Assembly: GCA_965233585.1 (NCBI GenBank)
Contig: CBDDTI010000295.1
Coordinates: 73,421 to 137,420 of the forward strand
Length of the DNA stretch: 64,000 bases
Reading direction: 5' to 3'
Source: a bacterium
GTDB taxonomy: Bacteria; SAR324; NAC60-12
In this document: one piece after another, positions 48,796 through 56,896 of the stretch
Layout of the letters: the number at the start of each line of letters is the position of its first letter
Numbering within the stretch: the first letter of the stretch is position 1
Made by a program: the position numbers and the translations under genes
Notes under the pieces: generated by a model
The model's database searches: none
Seen by the model: only the letters and a program-made list of their open reading frames with translations
Told to the model about the DNA's origin: nothing

Positions 48796-50241
48796 TTATC
48801 CAAGTAAGGACAACACCATCTGGTCTTTGGTGTTTGCCTGTGCCAGCATAGCGGTTGCCGATTGCATCATAATCTGATTCTTGGTGAAGGTTGTCATCTC
48901 TTCTGCCATGTCTGTATCACGAATCACAGACTCTGCAGAGATTAGGTTTTCACTAGCCACACGCAGATTGTTGAGATTACTTTGCAAGGTGTTTTTTTGG
49001 AATGCCCCAAGCTTTCCACGTTCTATGGTCGTTTCTTCTATCGCTTGGTCTATGATACTTAATGAATCCTGTGCAGAACGAAAGGACGTCACATCTACTT
49101 CTTCCAAAGATTTGATGTCACTGACGTTCTCCAGTCCTTTCCCCAATGCAGAAGGCGCCATGTTTCTTAACGACACAGCGATCGTTTGACCTTCATTTGC
49201 ACCAATTTGAAATTGCAATGAATTTTGAAACACTGACACAGTCCCTGCAATTTGGGCTTGTCCTTCTGAAATGGCTTCTCCGTTATAACGAACGGCAAGC
49301 CCTGCAATGTTGGGTGCATTGTCTTTGCCTGTTAAAATCTGCCCACGACCGACGGCATCTTCCCCGTTGATTGTGCCTTTGACGTCTGCTCCTCTCTCTG
49401 CTTCCTGTGTGACATTACCTATGTCAGACAACACACCCCCCGTCTCTGATGACACCGAAAAAGAGTTCTCACTCCCGTATTCTTGATGCGTCAATGTGAC
49501 ACTTCCATTGTCATTCTTAGAGACCTCTATCTTCAGTCCTGCGGCTGCAATTTTAGATTTCAGTTCATTGATGTTGCTGTCCAGATTCTCTCCTGCAATG
49601 GTTGTGAAAGAGACAGTTTTACCCCCCTCACTGACAGTGAGAGTTTCCCCATCATCTATCAGCTGTTGAGTCAAAGCCACACTACCTGTGACAGAAGTCT
49701 TAGATGCCACTTGCGAAATCTCAACATCATAACCCTCTATGGGTGATGTGTTGGTGTTGGGTCCTGCAGAGACAAACTGCAGACCTTCTCCATTTGCCAC
49801 TCCGTTTGCACCACGACTGCCATTGAGCAGTTGCTTTTTGCCAAATTGGGTGTTTTGGGCAATTCTTTCAATGGTAGCAAGGGCATTGTCTATCTCTGCT
49901 TGGTCTGCCTCAAGCATCTTTTCATCGTTCACACCTGTATTGCTGGCATGAATAGCAAGCTGACGAACATCTACAAGCAGCTTATTCACTTCTTGCAATG
50001 CTCCTTCTGCGGTTTGCACCATAGAAATCCCACTTTCAGAGTTGTCTATCGCTTGTTCAAGTCCTGCAATCTGCGCTCGCATTTGCTCTGAAATCACAAG
50101 CGATGCAGGACCATCTGCGGCACGATTGATCTTCTCCCCAGATGAAAGTTTTTCTAGGGTTTTGGCTGAATTAAACGCAGCACTCCCTAATTGACGCTGC
50201 GTGTTGATGGCACTAATATTGTGTTTGATTCTAAACATCAT
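48796..50241 (-). CDS. fliC: Flagellin, C-type paralogue 1 (481 aa)
   Basis: LEKLSSGEKINRAADGPASL...; the N- and C-terminal thirds are near-identical to 51061..52506 and 53320..54762. Confidence 0.95.
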   Translation of the reverse strand: MMFRIKHNISAINTQRQLGSAAFNSAKTLEKLSSGEKINRAADGPASLVISEQMRAQIAGLEQAIDNSESGISMVQTAEGALQEVNKLLVDVRQLAIHASNTGVNDEKMLEADQAEIDNALATIERIAQNTQFGKKQLLNGSRGANGVANGEGLQFVSAGPNTNTSPIEGYDVEISQVASKTSVTGSVALTQQLIDDGETLTVSEGGKTVSFTTIAGENLDSNINELKSKIAAAGLKIEVSKNDNGSVTLTHQEYGSENSFSVSSETGGVLSDIGNVTQEAERGADVKGTINGEDAVGRGQILTGKDNAPNIAGLAVRYNGEAISEGQAQIAGTVSVFQNSLQFQIGANEGQTIAVSLRNMAPSALGKGLENVSDIKSLEEVDVTSFRSAQDSLSIIDQAIEETTIERGKLGAFQKNTLQSNLNNLRVASENLISAESVIRDTDMAEEMTTFTKNQIMMQSATAMLAQANTKDQMVLSLLG

Positions 50242-50262
50242 AACCTCCTTGGTTTGATTGAA

Positions 50263-50278
50263 ATGCTATCCATAGCAT
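50263..50278 (-). promoter_or_regulatory. 5'-leader hairpin presenting GGA in the loop (AUGCUAUGGAUAGCAU), candidate CsrA-type binding site
   Basis: A perfect inverted repeat 12 nt upstream of the AAGGAGG SD. Homologous hairpins with compensatory stem changes occur at 52527-52542 and 54787-54802. Confidence 0.45.
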
Positions 50279-50304
50279 AAAAAAACCCCTGATACATTCA
50301 AAGG
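50279..50304 (-). terminator. Hairpin plus U-run at the end of repeat array 1 (terminator/attenuator-like)
   Basis: RNA sense: CCUUUGA-AUGUA-UCAGGGG followed by UUUUUUU. The 7-bp stem has two G-U pairs and lies immediately 5' of the leader hairpin. Confidence 0.3.
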
Positions 50305-50330
50305 CAACTTAAAAATTGTAAATTGTGAAT

Positions 50331-51011
50331 GGTTAAATCTATTTATCCGTTGTCATTAGACACTCCTCCCTGAATCTCTCATCAAAAAACTAGAGACTCT
50401 TAAAAAATGCTCCTTCCTCTTCTCCAATCCTTTCCAGAGACAAAGAAGAAACTCAAAAAAAACAAAAATCCAAAAAACTCCTCACGTTCTGATGACTTTT
50501 GTCAAATCCGTTGATCCATTGTCAAAGACACGTCTCCCTGAATCTCTCATCAAAAAACTAGAGACTCCTAGAAAATGCTCCTTCCTCTTCTGCAATCCTT
50601 TCCAGATTGAAAGAAGAAGAAGCTCAACAAAACAAAAATCCAAAAAACTCCTCACGTTCTGACGACTTTTGTCAAATCCATTTATCCGTTGTCATTAGAC
50701 ACTCCTCCCTGAATCTCTCATCAAAAAACTAGAGACTCCTAAAAAATGCTCATTCCTCTTCTCCAATCCTTTCCAGAGACAAAGAAGAAACTCAAAAAAA
50801 ACAAAAATCCCAAAAAACTCCTCACGTTCTGACGACTTTTTGTCAAATCCGTTGATCCATTGTCAAAGACACGTCTCCCTGAATCTCTTAATCAAAACAT
50901 CACGGACTCCTAAAAACTGCGGTTCGCTCTCCAATCCTTGCCAGAAACAAAGAAGAAGAAACTCAACAAAACAAAAATTCCAAAAAACTCCTCACGTTCT
51001 GATGAATTTTT
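50331..51011. repeat. Tandem array 1: four units of about 170 bp between flagellin paralogues
   Basis: Unit starts (gtcaaatcc-type motif) at about 50332, 50501, 50671 and 50842, with a degenerate fifth start at about 51013. Two unit subtypes alternate (ccgttgatccattgtcaaagacacg vs ccatttatccgttgtcattagacac). Confidence 0.9.
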
Positions 51012-51060
51012 TGTCAGCATCAAGCAAAGACTTCCTGCCTGATGCCAATTCAAAAATCCA

Positions 51061-52506
51061 TCAGCTTAATAAGGAAAGCACCATCTGGTCTTTGGCGTTT
51101 GCCTGTGCCAGCATGGCGGTTGCTGATTGCATCATAATCTGATTCTTGGTGAAGGCTGTCATCTCTTCTGCCATGTCTGTATCGCGGATCACAGACTCTG
51201 CTGAAACCAAGTTTTCATTTGCCACACGCAAGTTGTTGAGATTACTTTGCAAGGTATTCTTTTGGAATGCCCCGAGCTTTCCACGTTCTATGGTCGTTTC
51301 TTCTATCGCTTGGTCTATGATATTCAAGGAATCCTGTGCAGAACGAAAGGACGTCACATCTACTTCTTCCAAAGATTTGATGTCACTGACGTTCTCCAGT
51401 CCTTTCCCCAATGCAGAAGGCGCCATGTTTCTTAAAGACACCGCAATCGTTTGACCTTCATTTGCTCCGATTTGAAATTGCAATGAGTTCTGAAACACTG
51501 ACACAGTCCCTGCAACTTGAGATTGCCCCTCTGGAATAGCTGCTCCATTGTAACGAACAGCAAGCCCTGCAATGTTGGGTGCATTGTCTTTGCCTGTTAA
51601 AACTTGCCCACGACCGACGGCATCTTCCCCGTTGATTGTTCCTTTGACGTCTGCTCCTCTCTCGGCTTCCTGCGTGACATTACCGACGGTGGACAAAACA
51701 CCATTTGTCTCTGATGCCACTGAAAAAGAATGCTCGCTTCCGTATTCTTGATGCGTCAATGTGACACTTCCATTGTCATTCTTAGAGACGTCTATCTTCA
51801 GTCCTGCAGCTGCAATTTTAGACTTCAGTTCATTGATGTTACTGTCCAGATTCTCTCCTGCAATGGTTGTGAAGGAGACAGTTTTACCACCTTCACTGAC
51901 AGTGAGAGTTTCCCCATCATCTATCAGCTGTTGAGTCAAAGCCACACTACCTGTGATGGACGTTTTAGTGGCAACTTGAGAGATGTCAACATCATAGCCT
52001 TCCACAGGCGATGTATTGGTGTTGGGTCCTGCAGAGACAAACTGCAGACCTTCTCCATTGGCAACTCCGTTTGCACCACGACTGCCGTTGAGCAGTAGCT
52101 TCGTTCCAAACTGAGTGTTTTGGGCAATTCTTTCAATGGTAGCAAGGGCATTGTCTATCTCTGCTTGGTCTGCCTCCAGCATTTTTTCATCGTTCACACC
52201 TGTATTGCTGGCATGAATGGCAAGCTGACGAACATCTACAAGCAACTTATTCACTTCTTGCAATGCTCCTTCTGCCGTTTGCACCATAGAAATCCCACTT
52301 TCCGAGTTGTCTATCGCTTGCTCAAGTCCCGCAATCTGCGCCCGCATTTGCTCTGAAATCACAAGCGATGCAGGACCATCTGCGGCACGATTGATCTTCT
52401 CCCCAGATGAAAGTTTTTCTAGGGTTTTGGCTGAATTAAATGCAGCGATCCCTAATTGACGCTGCGTGTTGATGGCACTAATATTGTGTTTGATTCTAAA
52501 CATCAT
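51061..52506 (-). CDS. fliC: Flagellin, C-type paralogue 2 (481 aa)
   Basis: Same conserved termini as paralogue 1. The differences cluster in the central variable domain. Confidence 0.95.
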   Translation of the reverse strand: MMFRIKHNISAINTQRQLGIAAFNSAKTLEKLSSGEKINRAADGPASLVISEQMRAQIAGLEQAIDNSESGISMVQTAEGALQEVNKLLVDVRQLAIHASNTGVNDEKMLEADQAEIDNALATIERIAQNTQFGTKLLLNGSRGANGVANGEGLQFVSAGPNTNTSPVEGYDVDISQVATKTSITGSVALTQQLIDDGETLTVSEGGKTVSFTTIAGENLDSNINELKSKIAAAGLKIDVSKNDNGSVTLTHQEYGSEHSFSVASETNGVLSTVGNVTQEAERGADVKGTINGEDAVGRGQVLTGKDNAPNIAGLAVRYNGAAIPEGQSQVAGTVSVFQNSLQFQIGANEGQTIAVSLRNMAPSALGKGLENVSDIKSLEEVDVTSFRSAQDSLNIIDQAIEETTIERGKLGAFQKNTLQSNLNNLRVANENLVSAESVIRDTDMAEEMTAFTKNQIMMQSATAMLAQANAKDQMVLSLLS

Positions 52507-52526
52507 AACCTCCTTGGTTGATTAAA

Positions 52527-52542
52527 ATGCGTTCCATCGCAT
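52527..52542 (-). promoter_or_regulatory. 5'-leader hairpin with GGA loop (AUGCGAUGGAACGCAU)
   Basis: Stem AUGCG/CGCAU, loop AUGGAA, 12 nt upstream of the AAGGAGG SD. Confidence 0.45.
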
Positions 52543-52567
52543 AAAAAGCCCCCGATACATTCAAAGG
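52543..52567 (-). terminator. Hairpin plus U-run at the end of repeat array 2 (terminator/attenuator-like)
   Basis: RNA sense: CCUUUGA-AUGUA-UCGGGGG then CUUUUU. This is the homologue of 50279-50304, with one substitution that keeps pairing as G-U. Confidence 0.3.
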
Positions 52568-52588
52568 CACTTAAAAAAATTGTGAATT

Positions 52589-53262
52589 GTCAAATCCATT
52601 TATCCGTTGTCAAAAGACACTTCTCCCTGAATCTCTCATCAAAACATCAGAGACTCCTAAAAACTACAGTTCGCTCTCCAATCCTTTCCAGAGACAAAGA
52701 AAAAGAAGCTCAAAAACAAAAATCCTAAAAAGCTCTTTGCGTTCTTATGACTTTTGTCAAATCCATTTATCCGTTGTCAAAAGACACTTCTCCCTGAATC
52801 TCTCATCAAAACATCAGAGACTCTTAAAGCTGGAGACTCCTAAAAAATGCTCCTCCCCTTTCCAGTCCTATACAGATTGAAATAAGAAGAAGAAACTCAA
52901 AAAAACCTTGCGTTCTTATGACTTTTGTCAAATCCATTTGACCGTTGTCAAAAGACACTTCTCCCTGAATCTCTCATCAAAACATCAGAGACTCTTGAGA
53001 CTACTCTTAAAAAATGCTCCTCCTCCTCTCCAATCCTTTCCAGAGACAAAGAAAAAGAAGCTCAAAAAAACCTTGCGTTCTTACGACTTTTGTCAAATCT
53101 ATTTATCCGTTGTCAAAAGACACTTCTCCCTGAATCTCTCATCAAAACATCACAGACTCTTAAAGCTGGAGACTCCTAAAAAATGCTCCTCCCTCCTCTC
53201 CAATCCTTTCCAGAGACAAAGAAAAAGAAGCTCAAAAACAAAAATCCCGAAAAGTTGATTGC
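52589..53262. repeat. Tandem array 2: four units of about 165-171 bp between flagellin paralogues
   Basis: Unit starts at 52589, 52756, 52927 and 53092. The units are homologous to array 1 but carry unit-specific indels. Confidence 0.9.
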
Positions 53263-53319
53263 GTTTGATTTTTTCAGGATCAAACGACAACCTTCCGTCT
53301 GATGCAAATTTAAAATCTA

Positions 53320-54762
53320 TTAACTCAATAAGGAAAGCACCATCTGGTCTTTGGCGTTTGCCTGTGCCAGCATCGCAGTTGCAGATTGCATCATAATCTG
53401 ATTTTTGGTGAAGGCTGTCATCTCTTCTGCCATGTCTGTATCACGAATCACAGACTCTGCTGAAGTTAAGTTTTCACTAGAAACCCTAAGGTTGTTCAGG
53501 TTGCTTTGTAATGTGTTTTTCTGGAATGCCCCAAGTTTCCCTCGTTCCATAGTCGTTTCTTCTATCGCTTGGTCTATGATATTCAAGGAATCCTGTGCAG
53601 ACCGAAAGGACGTCACATCTACCTCTTCTAGGGATTTGATGTCACTGACGTTCTCTATTCCTTTTCCCAGTGCAGAAGGCGCCATGTTTCTTAAAGACAC
53701 GGCGATTGTTTGACCTTCATTTGCACCAATTTGGAATTGCAATGAGTTCTGAAACACTGACACAGTCCCTGCATTTTTGGTCTGTCCTTCTGGAATGGCA
53801 GCTCCATTGTAACGAACAGCAAGCCCTGCGATGTTGGGTGCATTGTCTTTGCCTGTTAAAATCTGCCCACGACCGACGGCATCTTCTCCGTTGATTGTGC
53901 CTTTGACGTCTGCACCCCGTTCTGCTTCTTCTGTCACATTACCTACGGTGGACAACACACCTGCTGTCTCTGATGCCACTGAAAAAGAATGCTCGCTTCC
54001 GTATTCTTGATGCGTCAGTGTAATCGCACCAAGGTCTGTTCTGGAGACATCTATCTTCAGACCTGCGGCGGCAATTTTAGACTTCAGCTCATTGATGTTG
54101 CTGTCCAGATTCTCTCCTTTGAGAGTGGTGAACGAAACGGTTTTGCCCCCTTCGCTGACAGTGAGAGTTTCCCCATCATCTATCAGTTGTTGAGTCAAAG
54201 CCACACTGCCTGTGGTGGTCGTTTTAGTGGAAACTTGAGAGATGTCCACATCATAGCCTTCCACAGGCGATGAGTTCGTTGTTGGTCCTGCAGAGACAAA
54301 TTGTAAGCCCTCTCCATTCGCCACGCCGTTTGCACCACGACTGCCATTGAGCAGTAGCTTTGTTCCAAACTGGGTGTTTTGGGCAATTCTTTCAATGGTG
54401 GCAAGTGCGTTGTCTATCTCTGCTTGGTCTGCCTCAAGCATCTTTTCATCGTTCACACCTGCGTTGCTGGCATGAATCGCTAACTGGCGAACATCTACAA
54501 GTAATCTGTTGACTTCTTGCAAGGCGCCTTCTGCTGTTTGCACCATGGAAATCCCACTTTCAGAGTTGTCTATCGCTTGCTCAAGTCCTGCAATCTGCGC
54601 TCGCATTTGCTCTGAAATCACAAGCGATGCAGGACCATCTGCGGCACGATTGATCTTCTCCCCAGATGAAAGTTTTTCTAGGGTTTTAGCTGAGTCAAAT
54701 GCTGCATTCCCTAATTGACGTTGTGTATTGATTGCACTGATGTTGTGTTTAATTCTAAACAT
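53320..54762 (-). CDS. fliC: Flagellin, C-type paralogue 3 (480 aa)
   Basis: Same family, with conserved termini. Confidence 0.95.
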   Translation of the reverse strand: MFRIKHNISAINTQRQLGNAAFDSAKTLEKLSSGEKINRAADGPASLVISEQMRAQIAGLEQAIDNSESGISMVQTAEGALQEVNRLLVDVRQLAIHASNAGVNDEKMLEADQAEIDNALATIERIAQNTQFGTKLLLNGSRGANGVANGEGLQFVSAGPTTNSSPVEGYDVDISQVSTKTTTTGSVALTQQLIDDGETLTVSEGGKTVSFTTLKGENLDSNINELKSKIAAAGLKIDVSRTDLGAITLTHQEYGSEHSFSVASETAGVLSTVGNVTEEAERGADVKGTINGEDAVGRGQILTGKDNAPNIAGLAVRYNGAAIPEGQTKNAGTVSVFQNSLQFQIGANEGQTIAVSLRNMAPSALGKGIENVSDIKSLEEVDVTSFRSAQDSLNIIDQAIEETTMERGKLGAFQKNTLQSNLNNLRVSSENLTSAESVIRDTDMAEEMTAFTKNQIMMQSATAMLAQANAKDQMVLSLLS

Positions 54763-54786
54763 AGTTACCTCATAATAGTTAGGTTA

Positions 54787-54802
54787 ATGCTGTCCATAGC
54801 AT
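54787..54802 (-). promoter_or_regulatory. 5'-leader hairpin with GGA loop (AUGCUAUGGACAGCAU)
   Basis: Stem AUGCU/AGCAU, loop AUGGAC, upstream of the GAGGU SD. Confidence 0.4.
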
Positions 54803-54846
54803 GACAAAGTTCTTTTGAATCATTCAAAAAAACGTTTAAAAATTCA

Positions 54847-56007
54847 TTAAATTTGAGCTGGGGTGTCAGATGCGTTGCTTAAAATTGAAAGCATGGCTTG
54901 TTCATTCTGCACCCGATTTTCTTCCCCGATGCTGGTTTTTTGGGGCTTTGACCCTGCCAGCAACATAAATCCTGTCATTTGCAATGTTTTGATGGATTCT
55001 TCCATCTGTTGAATGTCATTGTTCATCTGTCTCAACATGTGTTGACACAGTTTTTGTGCTTGAATTTCTGGCAAGCTGGGCAGTTGTAGCATGTTGTACC
55101 ACTGCCCATCGCTAAGCACTCCTCCTAAATCGCAAGGATTCAGCGATGGAATTTGCATAGACAAAGGCTCGTCTTGATGTTCTAAATTGCCAATCAGCCG
55201 CTTTGTTCCATCTTGAATCGTTAACAATTCCTCGCCTGAAAATCCCCCATACCATAAGATATGCGTTTCATGGTCTGTCATCTGGTTGCCTTCCCATAAA
55301 GCGTGCATGCCATTGATTTTGGCACTTCCTAATTTGCCAACTTTTGACGTTTGCATGATGCCCGGTGCCACAGAAATCAGGGCTGTCTTTTCACTGTAAC
55401 CAAAGAAAAGGACTTGCGATTTGGACAAATGCTGAATTTTTAAAAATCCTTCTTGGTTGATAGTCAAGTCAAGTGACAATCCCTTCTGAAAAATCATGCG
55501 TTGAGCGCCTAGTAAAAAGCTCTCAATGGTTTCATCTGGTGCAAGACAATACACTGCCGTTTTGCCCCCTTCATAAAATCCAACATACGTCTCATTGCGG
55601 AGTAGCTTTTGAGTCAAAGGGACTGAGCCGTACAAAACACTTGGAATTGGTGCTTTGACAGTTTGCACACGAATTGTCTGACCATGCCTCATGTGTAGCG
55701 GTATTTTGACCGCTCTGCAAACTTGTCCTTTTGCCAAAAGCTGAAAGCGACCATCTAGCAACATGTCTCCTTCAAAGTGAGTGGTTTTGAGCCTCCTAAG
55801 CATGTTTTGATGCAGTGTTTCAAAGCTGGCACTTTCAAAGTCTTCAGACAGTGCTTTCAATTCTTTTTGAGTTTTTTTGAATTGAAAGAGTGCATTTTGT
55901 AGGCTGGAGACCGATTTTTCTATCTGTTCCAATAGTTCATTAGAACCTAAAAAATCTAACGACTCCCTCCACAAGACTTGCTTGGGTTTTAATAATTTTC
56001 TTTCCAC
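54847..56007 (-). CDS. Flagellin-like protein lacking the conserved N- and C-terminal D0 segments
   Basis: 386 aa with a GTG start and an AAGAGG SD. The central part parallels the flagellin variable domain: EGGKT...GLSLDL...LKIQH...ING..A..G versus EGGKT...GLKIEV...VTLTH...INGEDAVGRG. A D1-like stretch is present (TTHFEGDMLLDG vs NTQFGTKLLLNG). The LSSG.KIN..ADGPA N-terminus and the ..LAQAN C-terminus are absent. Confidence 0.6.
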   Translation of the reverse strand: MERKLLKPKQVLWRESLDFLGSNELLEQIEKSVSSLQNALFQFKKTQKELKALSEDFESASFETLHQNMLRRLKTTHFEGDMLLDGRFQLLAKGQVCRAVKIPLHMRHGQTIRVQTVKAPIPSVLYGSVPLTQKLLRNETYVGFYEGGKTAVYCLAPDETIESFLLGAQRMIFQKGLSLDLTINQEGFLKIQHLSKSQVLFFGYSEKTALISVAPGIMQTSKVGKLGSAKINGMHALWEGNQMTDHETHILWYGGFSGEELLTIQDGTKRLIGNLEHQDEPLSMQIPSLNPCDLGGVLSDGQWYNMLQLPSLPEIQAQKLCQHMLRQMNNDIQQMEESIKTLQMTGFMLLAGSKPQKTSIGEENRVQNEQAMLSILSNASDTPAQI

Positions 56008-56161
56008 TTTTTGCCTCTTTCTAAGTCATTAAAAAATTATTTTTGGTATAAAAATAAGACAGAGAACCCTTGAAAAAATAGAGATACTTTGAAAAACCAG
56101 AATCCCTTTTTATAGTTTTTCAGAAACGTGCGTTTTGTCTTTTTACATGTTCTCTTTTATG

Positions 56162-56400
56162 AGCGAACGCAAAAAGCCCTGAATACTCTTAAAATTGAGT
56201 ACTCACGGCATTCTTTCATCTCCTTTCTTCTTTCTAATTTTTAATTTTTAGCAAACGCAAAAAGCCCTGAATACTCTTAAAATTGAGTACTCACGGCATT
56301 CTTTAACCTTCTTTCTAATTTTTAATTTTTAGCAAACGCAAAAAGCCCTGAATACTCTTAAAATTGAGTACTCACGGCATTCTTTCATCTTCTTTTCTCA
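56162..56400 (-). terminator. Three tandem copies (81-88 bp) of an intrinsic-terminator module downstream of fliS
   Basis: Each unit reads, in RNA sense, GCCGUGAGUACUC-AAUUUUAA-GAGUAUUCAGGGC followed by UUUUUG. That is a 13-bp stem with one mismatch and one G-U. Unit starts on the plus strand are at 56162, 56250 and 56331. Confidence 0.65.
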
Positions 56401-56432
56401 ATTCAGAGAGTTGACCACTGATTTAGTCTAAA

Positions 56433-56879
56433 TCAACCTTGTGCTACAAACTTCTGCCCCTGTGCAAGTTGTGCTTGCCTTACATTCATACGTTTGGTTT
56501 TTTCTGCTTTTTGTTGCTCTCGTATCTGCTTCCAACCATTGCTTAAATTCTCCATAATCTGGATAGATTCTTGAATGGGCGGAATTTCTTTAGTCAAATT
56601 GGCATAGACAATTTGTTTGAACACGTAGACGTACAGGTTCTTCAAATTACTTCCTATTTCCCCAGACTCATCAACACGCAGTGTAGAAAGCAATTCGCTG
56701 ACGATGTTCTTGGCACGTGTCAAATAATGATGAGCTTCCTCAACTTCATTTGCCTCAATTTTGGTCACTGCTTTCTTCATAAATCGTAATGACCCATCAT
56801 AAAGCATGATGATTAAAGAAAGCTGGTCGGAAGTTTGAACATTTGCTTGATAATAGGCTTGATAGGTTTGTTTAGCCAT
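56433..56879 (-). CDS. fliS: Flagellar export chaperone FliS, paralogue 2
   Basis: 148 aa. Y....V.T....LIIMLYDGSLRFMKKA...I......EAHHYL.RA..IV.EL is the FliS four-helix signature. Confidence 0.88.
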   Translation of the reverse strand: MAKQTYQAYYQANVQTSDQLSLIIMLYDGSLRFMKKAVTKIEANEVEEAHHYLTRAKNIVSELLSTLRVDESGEIGSNLKNLYVYVFKQIVYANLTKEIPPIQESIQIMENLSNGWKQIREQQKAEKTKRMNVRQAQLAQGQKFVAQG

Positions 56880-56896
56880 GACTGTTCTCCTTTGAG

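Noticed and set aside
52549-52558. CCCGATAC (and CCTGATAC at 50288-50295) as sigma28 -10 elements for the C-type flagellins
   Set aside because: The motif is on the plus strand, antisense to the flagellin genes, and no TAAA-like -35 lies at the right spacing. The sequence is better explained as one arm and the loop of the hairpin plus U-run at the array ends.
50840-53258. Plus-strand ORFs across the flagellin spacers (50840..51142, 52587..52880, 52908..53258)
   Set aside because: They are read out of the tandem repeats. The frame is not preserved from unit to unit because of indels that are not multiples of three, and the products are low-complexity. They are treated as artefacts of a stop-poor repeat.
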